Shown: positions 39,199-49,219, counted from the stretch's first letter. The stretch is DNA of 64,000 bases from a virus (IMGVR_UViG_3300025858_000010:64001-128000); one strand, 5' to 3'. Notes: a model not told the origin generated them from the letters alone. Translations and numbers: made by a program.

Positions 39199-40800
39199 TT
39201 ATTTTTTCTTCGTTTTTATATTGTAGTTTGTCAATCTATCTATTGTTCCTTCTTTACCAATAATTTCCATTATATCAAATAAAGAAGGTCCAAATCCCAT
39301 TCCAGTTAAAACGAGTCTCAAAGAAGGAGCAACTGCACCAAAATTTAAACCATTAGAGTTAACATAATCTTCAAAAGCCTTTTGAATGTTTTCTGATGTC
39401 CAATTGGACACTTTTATAACAGATTCTTTTATTCCCTCAATTATAGCAGGACTTTTATCTGTCCATTTCTTTTCGGCTACTTTTTTATCATAAGTTGTTG
39501 GTTTTTCAAATAAATATAAAGAAGCATCATAAATGTCTTTTATAAAATTAGCCTTGCCTTTATTCATTTCAACCATTTTCTTAATAGTTCTATCTGGGAG
39601 GTCTATACCTCTTTCTTTTAACATTGGTTTTAATTGAACAACAACTTCTTCATCTGGCATTTGTTTCAAATATTGACCGTTATACCATTTAGCTTTATCA
39701 ATATTAAATTTAGCACCGGATTTACCACATCTTTCTAATGAAAAAGATTTGGCCAATTCATCCATTGACATAATTTCTTGTTCTGTTCCTGGATTCCAAC
39801 CAAGAAAAGCTAAGAAATTTATAAAAGCTTCTGGTAAATATCCTGAATCTTTATATCCGCTTGAACTTTTAGAAGGATCTTTTGGATCTTGCCATTTTAG
39901 AGGAAATACTGGGAATCCCATTTCATCACCATTACGTTTTGATAATTTACCATTTCCACCAGGATTAAGTAAAAGAGCTAAATGCGCAAATTCAGGAGCT
40001 TTCCATCCAAATGAATCGTATAAAAATACGTGAAGTGGAGCACTCGGAAGCCATTCTTCACCTCTAATCACGTGACTTGTTTTCATTAAATGATCATCAA
40101 CTATATTAGCCAAATGATAAGTTGGAAGACCATCCGACTTAAATAAAACTTTATCATCTAATGTATCCGTATTTACGTTTATAGTTCCTCTAATAATATC
40201 ATTAACAACTATATTTTGATTTTCTGGAAATTTTACTCTAATTACATATGGTACATTTTTTGAAAGTAAGTCATCTACTTCTCTTGGCGATAATGAAAGT
40301 GAATTTTTCATTTCCATTCTAGTTTTATAATCGTATTGAGGTGACTGAATGCCTTTTTTGATCAATCTAGATTTCATTTCTTCAATATCATCCGGTGTAT
40401 CGAAACAATAATAGGCTTTACCATCATTTACCAAATCCTTTGCGTATTTTGGATAGATATTATATCTTTCAGATTGACGATAAGGGCCGTATGGACCACC
40501 AATCCAAGGAGCTTCATCTGGAACTATTCCACACCATTCTAAAGATTTTCTTATGTATTCTTCGGCTCCAGGAACAAATCTATTTTGATCAGTGTCTTCA
40601 ATTCTCAAGTAAAAAACCCCATTATATTTTTTAGCGAAAAGATAGTTATAGAGCGCTGTTCGCACCCCCCCCAGATGGAGCGGACCCGTTGGGCTTGGCG
40701 CGAAGCGAGTCCTCACCGTTCCTGCGTTTCCGATGTTTTCTTTCATCATATCGACGAATTTTTCAAATTCTGTTAAATTTATTAGATTCATGTTTTTCAT
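39199..40800 (-). CDS. gltX: glutamate--tRNA ligase
   Basis: RFAPSPTG.LHLGG, LRIEDTD, YRQSER, SHVIRGEEW, KLSKR; anticodon-binding domain present. Confidence 0.95.
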   Translation of the reverse strand: MKNMNLINLTEFEKFVDMMKENIGNAGTVRTRFAPSPTGPLHLGGVRTALYNYLFAKKYNGVFYLRIEDTDQNRFVPGAEEYIRKSLEWCGIVPDEAPWIGGPYGPYRQSERYNIYPKYAKDLVNDGKAYYCFDTPDDIEEMKSRLIKKGIQSPQYDYKTRMEMKNSLSLSPREVDDLLSKNVPYVIRVKFPENQNIVVNDIIRGTINVNTDTLDDKVLFKSDGLPTYHLANIVDDHLMKTSHVIRGEEWLPSAPLHVFLYDSFGWKAPEFAHLALLLNPGGNGKLSKRNGDEMGFPVFPLKWQDPKDPSKSSSGYKDSGYLPEAFINFLAFLGWNPGTEQEIMSMDELAKSFSLERCGKSGAKFNIDKAKWYNGQYLKQMPDEEVVVQLKPMLKERGIDLPDRTIKKMVEMNKGKANFIKDIYDASLYLFEKPTTYDKKVAEKKWTDKSPAIIEGIKESVIKVSNWTSENIQKAFEDYVNSNGLNFGAVAPSLRLVLTGMGFGPSLFDIMEIIGKEGTIDRLTNYNIKTKKK

Positions 40801-40806
40801 ATCTTA

Positions 40807-41706
40807 TTATTTATTTTTATATTTTTTGTTATATTTACCAATAGTTTCTGGAGTATTAACAAATGGAAAATAATTATCTTTATATCTCCAATAATAACCA
40901 CCTGCACTATTAAAACTTTTTGTTCCCTTACAACAACCTATGATGTGTCTTCTATTTATTCCTGTTTCTTTTTCGGATTGACGAACAGAGTCGTATTCTT
41001 TAACCAATTCATCTGTTTCTATTTGATATTGACACACAGATTTACGATTTGGATGATTCATTTTCATTTTCAATAATTCTTCTTTGGTGTGTTTAAGTTC
41101 TCTTTCAACATAAGGAAAATATTCATCTTTGTATCTCCAATAATGACCAAATTTACTAGGTGTAGATTTACCCTTACAACTATCTATAATAGTTGAAACT
41201 TTATGACCAGTTTTTCTACTAGCTTCTCGTGTTGATATATATTCGGCTAAGAGTTTATCTGTCCCAATTTCGTATTCACACACTTCTCTTCTCAATGGAT
41301 TGTTCATTAAAGTTTTTAATTTACTTTCTTCTGGTATTTTTTTTCCAGTCCAATAATCAGCACCTTGTCCACCACTTGTATCATTTTTCAATTTAAACCC
41401 CCATTGTTTAAGTTGTCCTATCCAGTATATTTCTAAATTATCTATATTATCTGCGTCGCTTTCATCTAGTACATCGATCATAGGTTTCAATTCTTGGTTT
41501 TTTAACCATAACAACCATTTATTTTTTGAGGTCCAAGAATCTTTTAGAGAATATGGACTATTGTGCGCCCAAAATCTATTTTTAAGATTTTTAGTTTTCC
41601 CAACATATTTCACTTCACCGTCTATCGGGTCGCTCAAAGTATAGATATAATATTTTTGTTTCATTTCTACTTTTTCATTCAAAGAATCTTTAAAAATCGT
41701 TTTCAT
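40807..41706 (-). CDS. GIY-YIG homing-type endonuclease with NUMOD1 repeats
   Basis: YIYTL.DP...KYVGKT...R...E.YWI; two EY.S.R.A.+.TG...CC.G...AGGYYWRY repeats. Confidence 0.85.
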   Translation of the reverse strand: MKTIFKDSLNEKVEMKQKYYIYTLSDPIDGEVKYVGKTKNLKNRFWAHNSPYSLKDSWTSKNKWLLWLKNQELKPMIDVLDESDADNIDNLEIYWIGQLKQWGFKLKNDTSGGQGADYWTGKKIPEESKLKTLMNNPLRREVCEYEIGTDKLLAEYISTREASRKTGHKVSTIIDSCKGKSTPSKFGHYWRYKDEYFPYVERELKHTKEELLKMKMNHPNRKSVCQYQIETDELVKEYDSVRQSEKETGINRRHIIGCCKGTKSFNSAGGYYWRYKDNYFPFVNTPETIGKYNKKYKNK

Positions 41707-41741
41707 TATTCATATATGTTTTTATGTTCAGTAATCTATTT

Positions 41742-41828
41742 TCACTCTTCTTCGTCACAAGGATCAATATCTTTATGATTATTTTTTTCTTTTACAAATA
41801 TAATAAAATTTTTTAAATTATCACTCAT
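41742..41828 (-). pseudogene. decayed leader+tag minigene (not in ORF track)
   Basis: MSDNLKNFIIFVKEKNNHKDIDPCDEEE*, with TGA where the tag has TGG. Confidence 0.55.
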
Positions 41829-41857
41829 ATTTCTATATATTAAATTAAAATTTAATT

Positions 41858-42157
41858 TTATTCCCATTCTTCTTCACCGTAAGGATCTATATCTTTATAT
41901 TTTTCAGATTTAATCCTTTGGTTCTCTTGAAATTCTTCTTTAGTTTTAGATAGAGAAATTTCCCATATATAACTTAACTGAACTGTATTTTTATTCAATG
42001 ATTCTAAATCATATTTCCACATATTTTGATCATTTGAACAATAATAATTTTTTATCACATAATAACCGTGTGCATTTCTATGCATACCATGATAATATAC
42101 TACATCACCGATTTTATATTTTGATTTATTTTTATTAAATTGTACAAATGTTTTCAT
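41858..42157 (-). CDS. single SH3/KOW-like domain + DPYGEEEW
   Basis: MKTFVQFN..YKIGDVV...KDIDPYGEEEWE. Confidence 0.75.
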   Translation of the reverse strand: MKTFVQFNKNKSKYKIGDVVYYHGMHRNAHGYYVIKNYYCSNDQNMWKYDLESLNKNTVQLSYIWEISLSKTKEEFQENQRIKSEKYKDIDPYGEEEWE

Positions 42158-42160
42158 TTA

Positions 42161-42763
42161 TCATACCTCCCAATTTTCTTCACCGTAAGGGTCTACATCA
42201 GCGTGTGCTGCTAATTGTTGATCTCTTAATAATTTTTTATTCGAATCAGTGATTAAATAAGTATAACCTTTTTTTGTGTGTGTTTGATAAGAATTTATTT
42301 TTCCATTTTCATCATATAAAGTGACACCTTCCATATCGAATTTTTTACCCAATAATCTTAAAATAGATAATGTTTGATTAATTCTAATTAATATATTATT
42401 TAATATTTTTTTTATATTAATGTAAAAAAAATCCGTAAATGGAATAACCTTAAAACATTTTTCAAACACATTCCATTTTTCTTTAATGATGTTAATTTGA
42501 TCTTGTGTAAAATGAAATTTATATTTCATTAGAATTGAAACAAACAATTTACTTATTAAACTCAAATTGATGTAATATTTATTTACTACTTTTGTCAATT
42601 TTTCATTAGATATAATTTCAGCAAATATTTTTCTATTTTCAAAAAATAAAGCATTTAAATGATCAATTCTTTCTTCGAAAGTTTCATTGAAAATTGATTC
42701 ATTTATGTATGTGTCAAAATTTTTCATGTTATTCATACCATTCTTCTTCACCATATGGATCAT
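42161..42763 (-). CDS. DPYGEENW-tag protein
   Basis: likely start MKNFDTYINE; ends DVDPYGEENWEV. Confidence 0.7.
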   Translation of the reverse strand: MIHMVKKNGMNNMKNFDTYINESIFNETFEERIDHLNALFFENRKIFAEIISNEKLTKVVNKYYINLSLISKLFVSILMKYKFHFTQDQINIIKEKWNVFEKCFKVIPFTDFFYINIKKILNNILIRINQTLSILRLLGKKFDMEGVTLYDENGKINSYQTHTKKGYTYLITDSNKKLLRDQQLAAHADVDPYGEENWEV

Positions 42764-43445
42764 TTTCTGTAAATTTTCTAATAGGTTCTACTATTTCGTA
42801 TTCTTGTATAACGTCAGATAATATATCTAAATATGTATCATCATCAACATCTCTAATAGTTAAATTGCTGGTAAATAATTTTTTGTAATTAACGTTAAGT
42901 CTTAGCTTTTTTGCATATTTACCTGTAGTGGATAAAGAATTAGGAACTAACATTATATTATAGAGTTTATTTTTACTGTATATGTCAATTAGCTTATTTT
43001 TATATTTTTCATTTAAATAATCACAAACTTTTTCGACATCTTGCAAATCATCGTATATTTTTTTAATGTCGATTTTATCACCAATTTTTTTTAAAATAAA
43101 ACTACTATTGTTCTCTTTTATCATTTTTTTCTGAGTGTCCTTATCAACATCATCCAAATATTTAGTTTTATTTTTTCTTAATTTATCGATATATCTATTC
43201 TTTCTTATTTTTCTTTTTTTTAATTCTCTATCTTTTCCGAAATAAGGGTCCTGCATAGAAATATCTTGCATGGTTATAACATCAGGTCTTCTATAAGTAG
43301 CTGAATCTGGACCTTTATTAAAAGAAGGTCCTGTGTTTTGATCACCAGATATTCCCATACTTCCATAACCAGTCACATTTCTGTAATCAGTATATTCTTC
43401 GAATGTTTTTAAATTTTTCATCTGGTTTTTATTCATCACACCCAA
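42729..43445 (-). CDS. DPYGEEEW-tag protein
   Basis: MKNLKTFEEY leader, internal MIKE, ends NDPYGEEEWYE. Confidence 0.7.
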   Translation of the reverse strand: MGVMNKNQMKNLKTFEEYTDYRNVTGYGSMGISGDQNTGPSFNKGPDSATYRRPDVITMQDISMQDPYFGKDRELKKRKIRKNRYIDKLRKNKTKYLDDVDKDTQKKMIKENNSSFILKKIGDKIDIKKIYDDLQDVEKVCDYLNEKYKNKLIDIYSKNKLYNIMLVPNSLSTTGKYAKKLRLNVNYKKLFTSNLTIRDVDDDTYLDILSDVIQEYEIVEPIRKFTENDPYGEEEWYE

Positions 43446-45988
43446 TTTTTATTTACAAAATTTTCTGTATAAATATTTTTATCGGCGTTATCAGCCAATA
43501 ATAATTTTTCAGCATTATATATTATATTTTGATTTAGAATATTTGATATTTCTTCCGTTGGAATAACATCTGTCAATATTCTCAAATTAGTGTATTTTAT
43601 ATTAGATCCTTTAATAGTTAAATCCATTTCGTGATCAAAGGATTGAACGTATGTTGATTCGTATTTATTTTCTTTAATTATTTTAAATGTTGATATTGAT
43701 GTATTTAGTTCAACATTATTAACTGGTTTATATCCAGAACTTATTAAATATGTATATCCTGTCGAATCTAACCAAGATATGGTTTGTAATTGATAAGTAT
43801 TAGAATTAAAGAAAACTATATCGTAATTATTATCTCTTTGATACAATTTCAATTCTACTGTTTTTTGACGTTGATCTAGGTTTATAACGAGGCCGTACCA
43901 AATATTAGTTAATAAATTAACACCGATTCTAGATTTGTCTGTTGCACTTAAAAATCCACTTAATTTATAATATTGATCGTTTAATTGAAAATTAATATCG
44001 TTGTTATAAAACCAAGATCTGTATCCTTTATTAGTAACAGTATCAAAATTATCAAAGAACCAGAAATTTGTTTTTTTATCTATATCATAAGTTTTCCATG
44101 AGTTTATATTTGGTTTATCGGGGTTCCACGAATTATTAAAATTAAACCAACATATGAAAGATCTGTTTGTTGATTCGGTGAAAACATTATCTGTTTTTTT
44201 ATAAACAACTGCGGTTTTTCCAATAACATCTTTGAAATCGTAATGTGATTTTGAAAAGTCGAAATTATCATTAGATATATTTTCTTGAACTCTAATTACT
44301 TTATTATTAACAACATATCTCATCGGATCAAAAGTGAAAGGTTTGAATTGTTCAATATTAGCAATTTTTTCTTCTTCCTGTGTGGTTTCAATCCCCATAA
44401 GTTCTTGCATTGTAGTGTTTTTAGTAAGTGTATCTAATAAGGCTTTTGATTCTTCGTGAAGATTTCTGATATTCGCTTTTTGTTCGTATTTCTCAAGTAT
44501 TACTTTATAATAATAACCAGCGTTCATAACTTCCCTATAAACTTGAGAATGTTTAACATAAAATAGTCTGTTTATAGGACATATGTATAATATATCGTTT
44601 TCACTAGGTCTTTTATCGATTCCAAATTTTCTTTTAAATTCGTCTTTGAGTATATGAATTTCAAACGTATCAAATAAATCCAAATTGAATTGATTGAATT
44701 TTACTGTATTATCTGGAAATTTATTATCAGGTACTAAAATTTTAACTTTTTTCATATCAATTATATTATATAATTGATATTCGTGCAATATGAAGTCTAT
44801 TCCGTTTGAATCCGGATCAGTTAAATGATAATCTACTTCCCAACCAAAAACATCATTCACTTGATTGGCTAACATATTAGCAAAACTAACTATTTGTGTC
44901 ATATCATAAGGTTTCCAGTATGTTGAACCGCCTATTTGAGCATTTTGATTTTGAGCAGTTATTGATGCGGTAGTTCCCCCAGCTGGAATTGTTCCATTAG
45001 AATTGTTTGGATTAGATGAATAACAACTTAGCCCCTGTGTCCAAAAATTCATATTTAAATCATAAGGAGTCATAACATTCGTTATTTGTCCGTTGCCTGG
45101 TGACATACTATAAGTCGAACCTGATTGCGTGCTTATATTCCAACCACATGTATCTGTTGATCCAGTGAAATGATTTATATACGGAACAATACAGTCTTGT
45201 CTTATTCCGTATCTGTTTGTTTTTAAAGAATTTGCAGAAACATTTTGAAAATCTCCAATTAAAATGACATCATATACGTTTGTCGGCTGGTTTGGTGGAT
45301 ATATTGTTTTTATTTTATATTCCACTCTAGCGAATCTAAGATTATTGAATCTAAACGTTGATATATTTGCTTTATTGAGAGGTTCCCATTTAGAATAAGT
45401 TCTACCGTTATCTTGAGTAACTCTATAATATATTTCTAAATTATCAATATCATCTGTTATAACTTGAAAATCAGAAATAGAAAATATTTTATATATGTCT
45501 TTTGGAATGAGAACTACTTCATTAATAGTTTCAGTTAAAGTGAATGGTCCGTCCGTCCAATTGAATTCATAATCACCTGATATTATTATGGCTGGTGTAT
45601 AATCATCATCACCTATAATTATATTTGTTGGTGGAAGATCATCTATTTTATCATCAATTCTATAATAATATAATTCTAAATCGAAGGGTCTATTTGGTAT
45701 ACATGTAATTCCAGTTATTGCTGAAATAGGCATCAATTCACTCCAACAATCTTGACATTCAGATTGTTGATTGTCATATTTATTTTGATATTTGAAGAAT
45801 ACTGACAAATATTGTGATGAATCTATTGTTCCTCTAACAATTTGAGAATAAGAAGTGATTTTTTTTATCCCAGTTATTACTGCTGTTGGTTTAAGATACA
45901 TAGTATTATTCGTTGGAGTGAGTGTTTGAGTGCCAATAAAATTCATTGTAAAGGTGCCGTCGAATTTTTTACTTAATAGATAATTCAT
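43436..45988 (-). CDS. virion structural protein with a neck/head-closure (gp14-like) central domain
   Basis: 850 aa, T/N/G-rich; DFILHEY...FEIHI.K..F...P.ENDILY..PINRLF.V recalls T4-like neck proteins. Confidence 0.5.
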   Translation of the reverse strand: MNYLLSKKFDGTFTMNFIGTQTLTPTNNTMYLKPTAVITGIKKITSYSQIVRGTIDSSQYLSVFFKYQNKYDNQQSECQDCWSELMPISAITGITCIPNRPFDLELYYYRIDDKIDDLPPTNIIIGDDDYTPAIIISGDYEFNWTDGPFTLTETINEVVLIPKDIYKIFSISDFQVITDDIDNLEIYYRVTQDNGRTYSKWEPLNKANISTFRFNNLRFARVEYKIKTIYPPNQPTNVYDVILIGDFQNVSANSLKTNRYGIRQDCIVPYINHFTGSTDTCGWNISTQSGSTYSMSPGNGQITNVMTPYDLNMNFWTQGLSCYSSNPNNSNGTIPAGGTTASITAQNQNAQIGGSTYWKPYDMTQIVSFANMLANQVNDVFGWEVDYHLTDPDSNGIDFILHEYQLYNIIDMKKVKILVPDNKFPDNTVKFNQFNLDLFDTFEIHILKDEFKRKFGIDKRPSENDILYICPINRLFYVKHSQVYREVMNAGYYYKVILEKYEQKANIRNLHEESKALLDTLTKNTTMQELMGIETTQEEEKIANIEQFKPFTFDPMRYVVNNKVIRVQENISNDNFDFSKSHYDFKDVIGKTAVVYKKTDNVFTESTNRSFICWFNFNNSWNPDKPNINSWKTYDIDKKTNFWFFDNFDTVTNKGYRSWFYNNDINFQLNDQYYKLSGFLSATDKSRIGVNLLTNIWYGLVINLDQRQKTVELKLYQRDNNYDIVFFNSNTYQLQTISWLDSTGYTYLISSGYKPVNNVELNTSISTFKIIKENKYESTYVQSFDHEMDLTIKGSNIKYTNLRILTDVIPTEEISNILNQNIIYNAEKLLLADNADKNIYTENFVNKNWV

Positions 45989-46011
45989 ATATAAAAAAAG
46001 AATTTTTTTAT

Positions 46012-46028
46012 TTTAATATATATATTAA
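46012..46028. promoter_or_regulatory. example of the TTAATATATA (putative late) promoter, here bidirectional
   Basis: motif recurs closely upstream of structural and leader-bearing genes. Confidence 0.5.
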
Positions 46029-46056
46029 AGTTAGAATTCCAAAAAAAATAATCAAA

Positions 46057-46935
46057 ATGTATATGAATAATCTAATGAATTTTGATGATTTTACTTTAAA
46101 TGAAAAGAATAAACCATCTGAAGGATTAACAAAAGAAAAAAAATCCGATATAGTTAAAAGAGCTAGGAGAGGCGAAGATATTGGTAAGAAAGGAAAAAAC
46201 TTTGAACAATTAAATAGATCGGATATTGATCCATACGGCGAGGAAGATTGGAACGATGATAATGATACACCGATAATACAGTTAGCTAAAGAACAAAATA
46301 AACCATTAGATCAAATAATGTCTTTATATTGTTATTATAATTCATTAACTAGTTTAGAAGGCATTGAACATTTAACTAATTTAGAAACATTAAATTGTTC
46401 TTATAATTCATTAACTAATTTAGAAGGCATTGAACATTTAACTAATTTAGAATTATTAGATTGTTCACGTAATCAATTAACTAATTTAGAAGGAATTGAA
46501 CATTTAACGAATTTAAGAGAATTATATTGTCATTCTAATCAATTAACTAATTTAGAAGGAATTGAACATTTAACGAATTTAGAGATATTATATTGTCATT
46601 CTAATCAATTAACTAGTTTGGAAGGAATTGAACATTTAACTAATTTAAGAGAATTATATTGTCATAATAATCAATTAACTAATTTAGATGGAATTGAACA
46701 TTTAACTAATTTAAGATATTTACATTGTTCGAATAATTCATTAACTAGTTTAGAAGGCATTGAACATTTAACGAATTTAGAATTATTAGATTGTTCACGT
46801 AATCAATTAACTAATTTAGATGGAATTGAACATTTAAAGAATTTACAATATTTATATTGTAATAATAATAGATTTACTGATGAATATAAAAATTATTTAA
46901 AATTAAAAACAAAAATAAAAAATATAATAATATGA
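46057..46935 (+). CDS. leucine-rich repeat protein with DPYGEEDW
   Basis: paralogue of 19613..20302 with more 22-aa repeats and an extra N-terminal segment. Confidence 0.9.
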   Translation: MYMNNLMNFDDFTLNEKNKPSEGLTKEKKSDIVKRARRGEDIGKKGKNFEQLNRSDIDPYGEEDWNDDNDTPIIQLAKEQNKPLDQIMSLYCYYNSLTSLEGIEHLTNLETLNCSYNSLTNLEGIEHLTNLELLDCSRNQLTNLEGIEHLTNLRELYCHSNQLTNLEGIEHLTNLEILYCHSNQLTSLEGIEHLTNLRELYCHNNQLTNLDGIEHLTNLRYLHCSNNSLTSLEGIEHLTNLELLDCSRNQLTNLDGIEHLKNLQYLYCNNNRFTDEYKNYLKLKTKIKNIII

Positions 46936-47312
46936 AAAATTTAAAAAGTAGAAAAATTTATTTCAAAGAAGCGGTCGATGATAGTGATCTTATACCGATT
47001 AAAGGGGAATGGGAACCTTTAAAAAAAGAAAATAGATTTCTTTTATCAGAAGTAAAAGAATTATGCAAATTGGCGTTTGAAGCTGGTGAAAAGGGATTTT
47101 TAATTTTTGAACAATGGTGGAATGATCAACATATCAATGAAAACATTCTTCCACGCCCTTTTAAAAAAGTTAAATGTCTTGAATGTGGCGAAGAAGTATG
47201 TGATAATATGAATTATAAGATAGGACATCTATATAATAAACACAATTGTAAACCAAGTTTGAATGACTATAAAGCTATTGACATGATGAAAAAATATTTT
47301 CCATCTTCTTAG
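46932..47312 (+). CDS. hypothetical zinc-finger protein
   Basis: internal HINE; CLECG...H....H. Confidence 0.55.
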   Translation: MKNLKSRKIYFKEAVDDSDLIPIKGEWEPLKKENRFLLSEVKELCKLAFEAGEKGFLIFEQWWNDQHINENILPRPFKKVKCLECGEEVCDNMNYKIGHLYNKHNCKPSLNDYKAIDMMKKYFPSS

Positions 47313-47403
47313 GTTATCTAAAATATGGAGAATGATACAGGATTAGAATCTTGGATTGTTCGTTAAAAATATACAGTTTAGGACTGTTATAGCTTCGGCT
47401 ATC

Positions 47404-47440
47404 TAAACTCGGAAAAATCGCTACTTTCCGAGTTTTTTTA
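47404..47440 (+). terminator. intrinsic terminator
   Basis: aaactcggaaa-aatcgctac-tttccgagttt followed by a T run. Confidence 0.65.
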
Positions 47441-47550
47441 TAATCTAATTTCAAATATTTTTGTTTTTTAATAACATGACTAGGTGGTAATTGCTCAAAT
47501 ATTCCATGCTCAGGACAAATTATTTTTATTTTTTTTTTTGGAGATTTCAT
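47440..47550 (-). pseudogene. homing endonuclease zinc-ribbon remnant
   Basis: KIKIICPEHGIFEQLP.SH fragment only. Confidence 0.5.
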
Positions 47551-47630
47551 AATTAACTAAACTATAATCATAAATATAATTGTGCACAATATTAGCTTTT
47601 TTTTATAAAATCTTCTGTTTTTTTGTTCAT

Positions 47631-47656
47631 AAACTTTTATTTTTTATTCGTATATA
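47631..47656 (+). promoter_or_regulatory. example of the AAAC-N17-ATATA promoter class
   Basis: same spacing recurs upstream of at least eight genes or operons (see findings). Confidence 0.55.
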
Positions 47657-47687
47657 TTAAATAAATAAAAACAAATGATATTCGACT

Positions 47688-49205
47688 ATGATAGTTGATT
47701 ACGAATATTCTCAGCAAATTTTAAAAGTATCCTATATTGGTGATAATGGTCAAATTAAAATGAAACATTATAGATGGCCAAATCCACAAAAATATGTAGT
47801 TTGCTCGGATGATGATAGAGATAAAAGTGGTAAATATACAACTTGGGATGGTATGGCTTGCAAGTTAACATATACTCGAATGCCAGATCGATATTCAGTT
47901 TATGATTATATTGATAATTTACCACAAGAAGAACAAGATGTTCTTTTTAAATACGTAGAGCCCGAGATTTTTTTTGTTGATATTGAAAATGAAATTTTAG
48001 ATAAAAGACCTCAACCAGAACTAGCAGAAAGTGCTATACAATCTATATCTATTGTGGTTAGAAATAAAGCTCTTGTTATGGGATTAAATGATTTATCAAA
48101 GGAACAAGAAGCATCTATTAGAGAAGATATAAATAATTATTTCGTAAAATTTAATGCGAATTATGATTTTAAATTCATTAAATATCGAAATGAATACGAG
48201 ATGCTATTGAACTTTTTTGAAAAGTATGTTCCAAAAATGCCAGTTATAACTGGTTGGAATTTTACTGAATATGATTGGGTATTTCTCGTTAATAGAGCTA
48301 GAAAAATCGGAGTAGATCCAACATCAGCGTCATATACTAAAATATTAAGACAACCATTTAAAAGAGATAATAAAAATGGTAGACAAAAACAATCATATTG
48401 TGAACAACCAGCTCATAGATTAATTATTGATTATATGGAGCTCTATGAAAAATGGAACTCTACAATTAAAGTTAAAGAATCAAATTCACTAGACTTCGTT
48501 TCCGATGGAATTCTTGGTATTAAAAAAGTCAATTATGAAGGATCTCTTAAAACACTAGTCGTAAACGATTACAAAAAGTTTATATTTTATAATGCAGTAG
48601 ATTCAATTCTAGTTCAGAAAATACACGAAAAAACAAAATGGATTGATATTCTTTATGGAATTGCCACCTTATCTCGAATTAAAATCCTAGACGCTTATTC
48701 AACTCTTCCAGTTACAGAAGGCATATTGAGAAGAAAATTAAAAAAAGAAAGAAATGTTATTCTATGTAAATTGGATAGAGATTTCTCAGATAATAATACA
48801 ATAATGGAATCAGAGAAAACCGTTAAAGGAGGATGGGTCAAAGAACCTATAAAAGGAATGGCATTATGGACTGCTTGCTATGATTTCTCGTCCCTTTATC
48901 CAACGTGTATGAGGATGTTTAATATTTCGGCAGATTCTTATAAAGGTATTTTGTCTCCGGGTAAAGATTTTGCAATCTTTAATGGACATAGGGTTGATTT
49001 AGATTCTAATGATATTAAATTATTAAATGGTTCTGTTTTTAAAAATGAGGTCGGTGTAGTTAATCAAGTGATGACAGATATTTTTGCTGACAGAAAGAAA
49101 TATAAGGGATTTATGATGAAAGAACACGATGAATTAGAGTCATATAAAAGAGAGCTTAGAAGTGCTGAAGATGAGCTTTTGTTGGAATTAGAACATATTG
49201 ATTAA
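47688..49205 (+). CDS. family B DNA polymerase, N-terminal part (exonuclease + motif A)
   Basis: VDIE, ITGWNFTEYD, YNAVD, GGWVKEP, YDFSSLYP; lacks KxxxNSxYG and YGDTDS. Confidence 0.85.
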   Translation: MIVDYEYSQQILKVSYIGDNGQIKMKHYRWPNPQKYVVCSDDDRDKSGKYTTWDGMACKLTYTRMPDRYSVYDYIDNLPQEEQDVLFKYVEPEIFFVDIENEILDKRPQPELAESAIQSISIVVRNKALVMGLNDLSKEQEASIREDINNYFVKFNANYDFKFIKYRNEYEMLLNFFEKYVPKMPVITGWNFTEYDWVFLVNRARKIGVDPTSASYTKILRQPFKRDNKNGRQKQSYCEQPAHRLIIDYMELYEKWNSTIKVKESNSLDFVSDGILGIKKVNYEGSLKTLVVNDYKKFIFYNAVDSILVQKIHEKTKWIDILYGIATLSRIKILDAYSTLPVTEGILRRKLKKERNVILCKLDRDFSDNNTIMESEKTVKGGWVKEPIKGMALWTACYDFSSLYPTCMRMFNISADSYKGILSPGKDFAIFNGHRVDLDSNDIKLLNGSVFKNEVGVVNQVMTDIFADRKKYKGFMMKEHDELESYKRELRSAEDELLLELEHID

Positions 49206-49219
49206 AAATATTCTTTTAA

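Noticed and set aside
19613-46935. LRR variation as a diversity-generating retroelement
   Set aside because: No reverse transcriptase or template repeat in the window; differences are not adenine-specific
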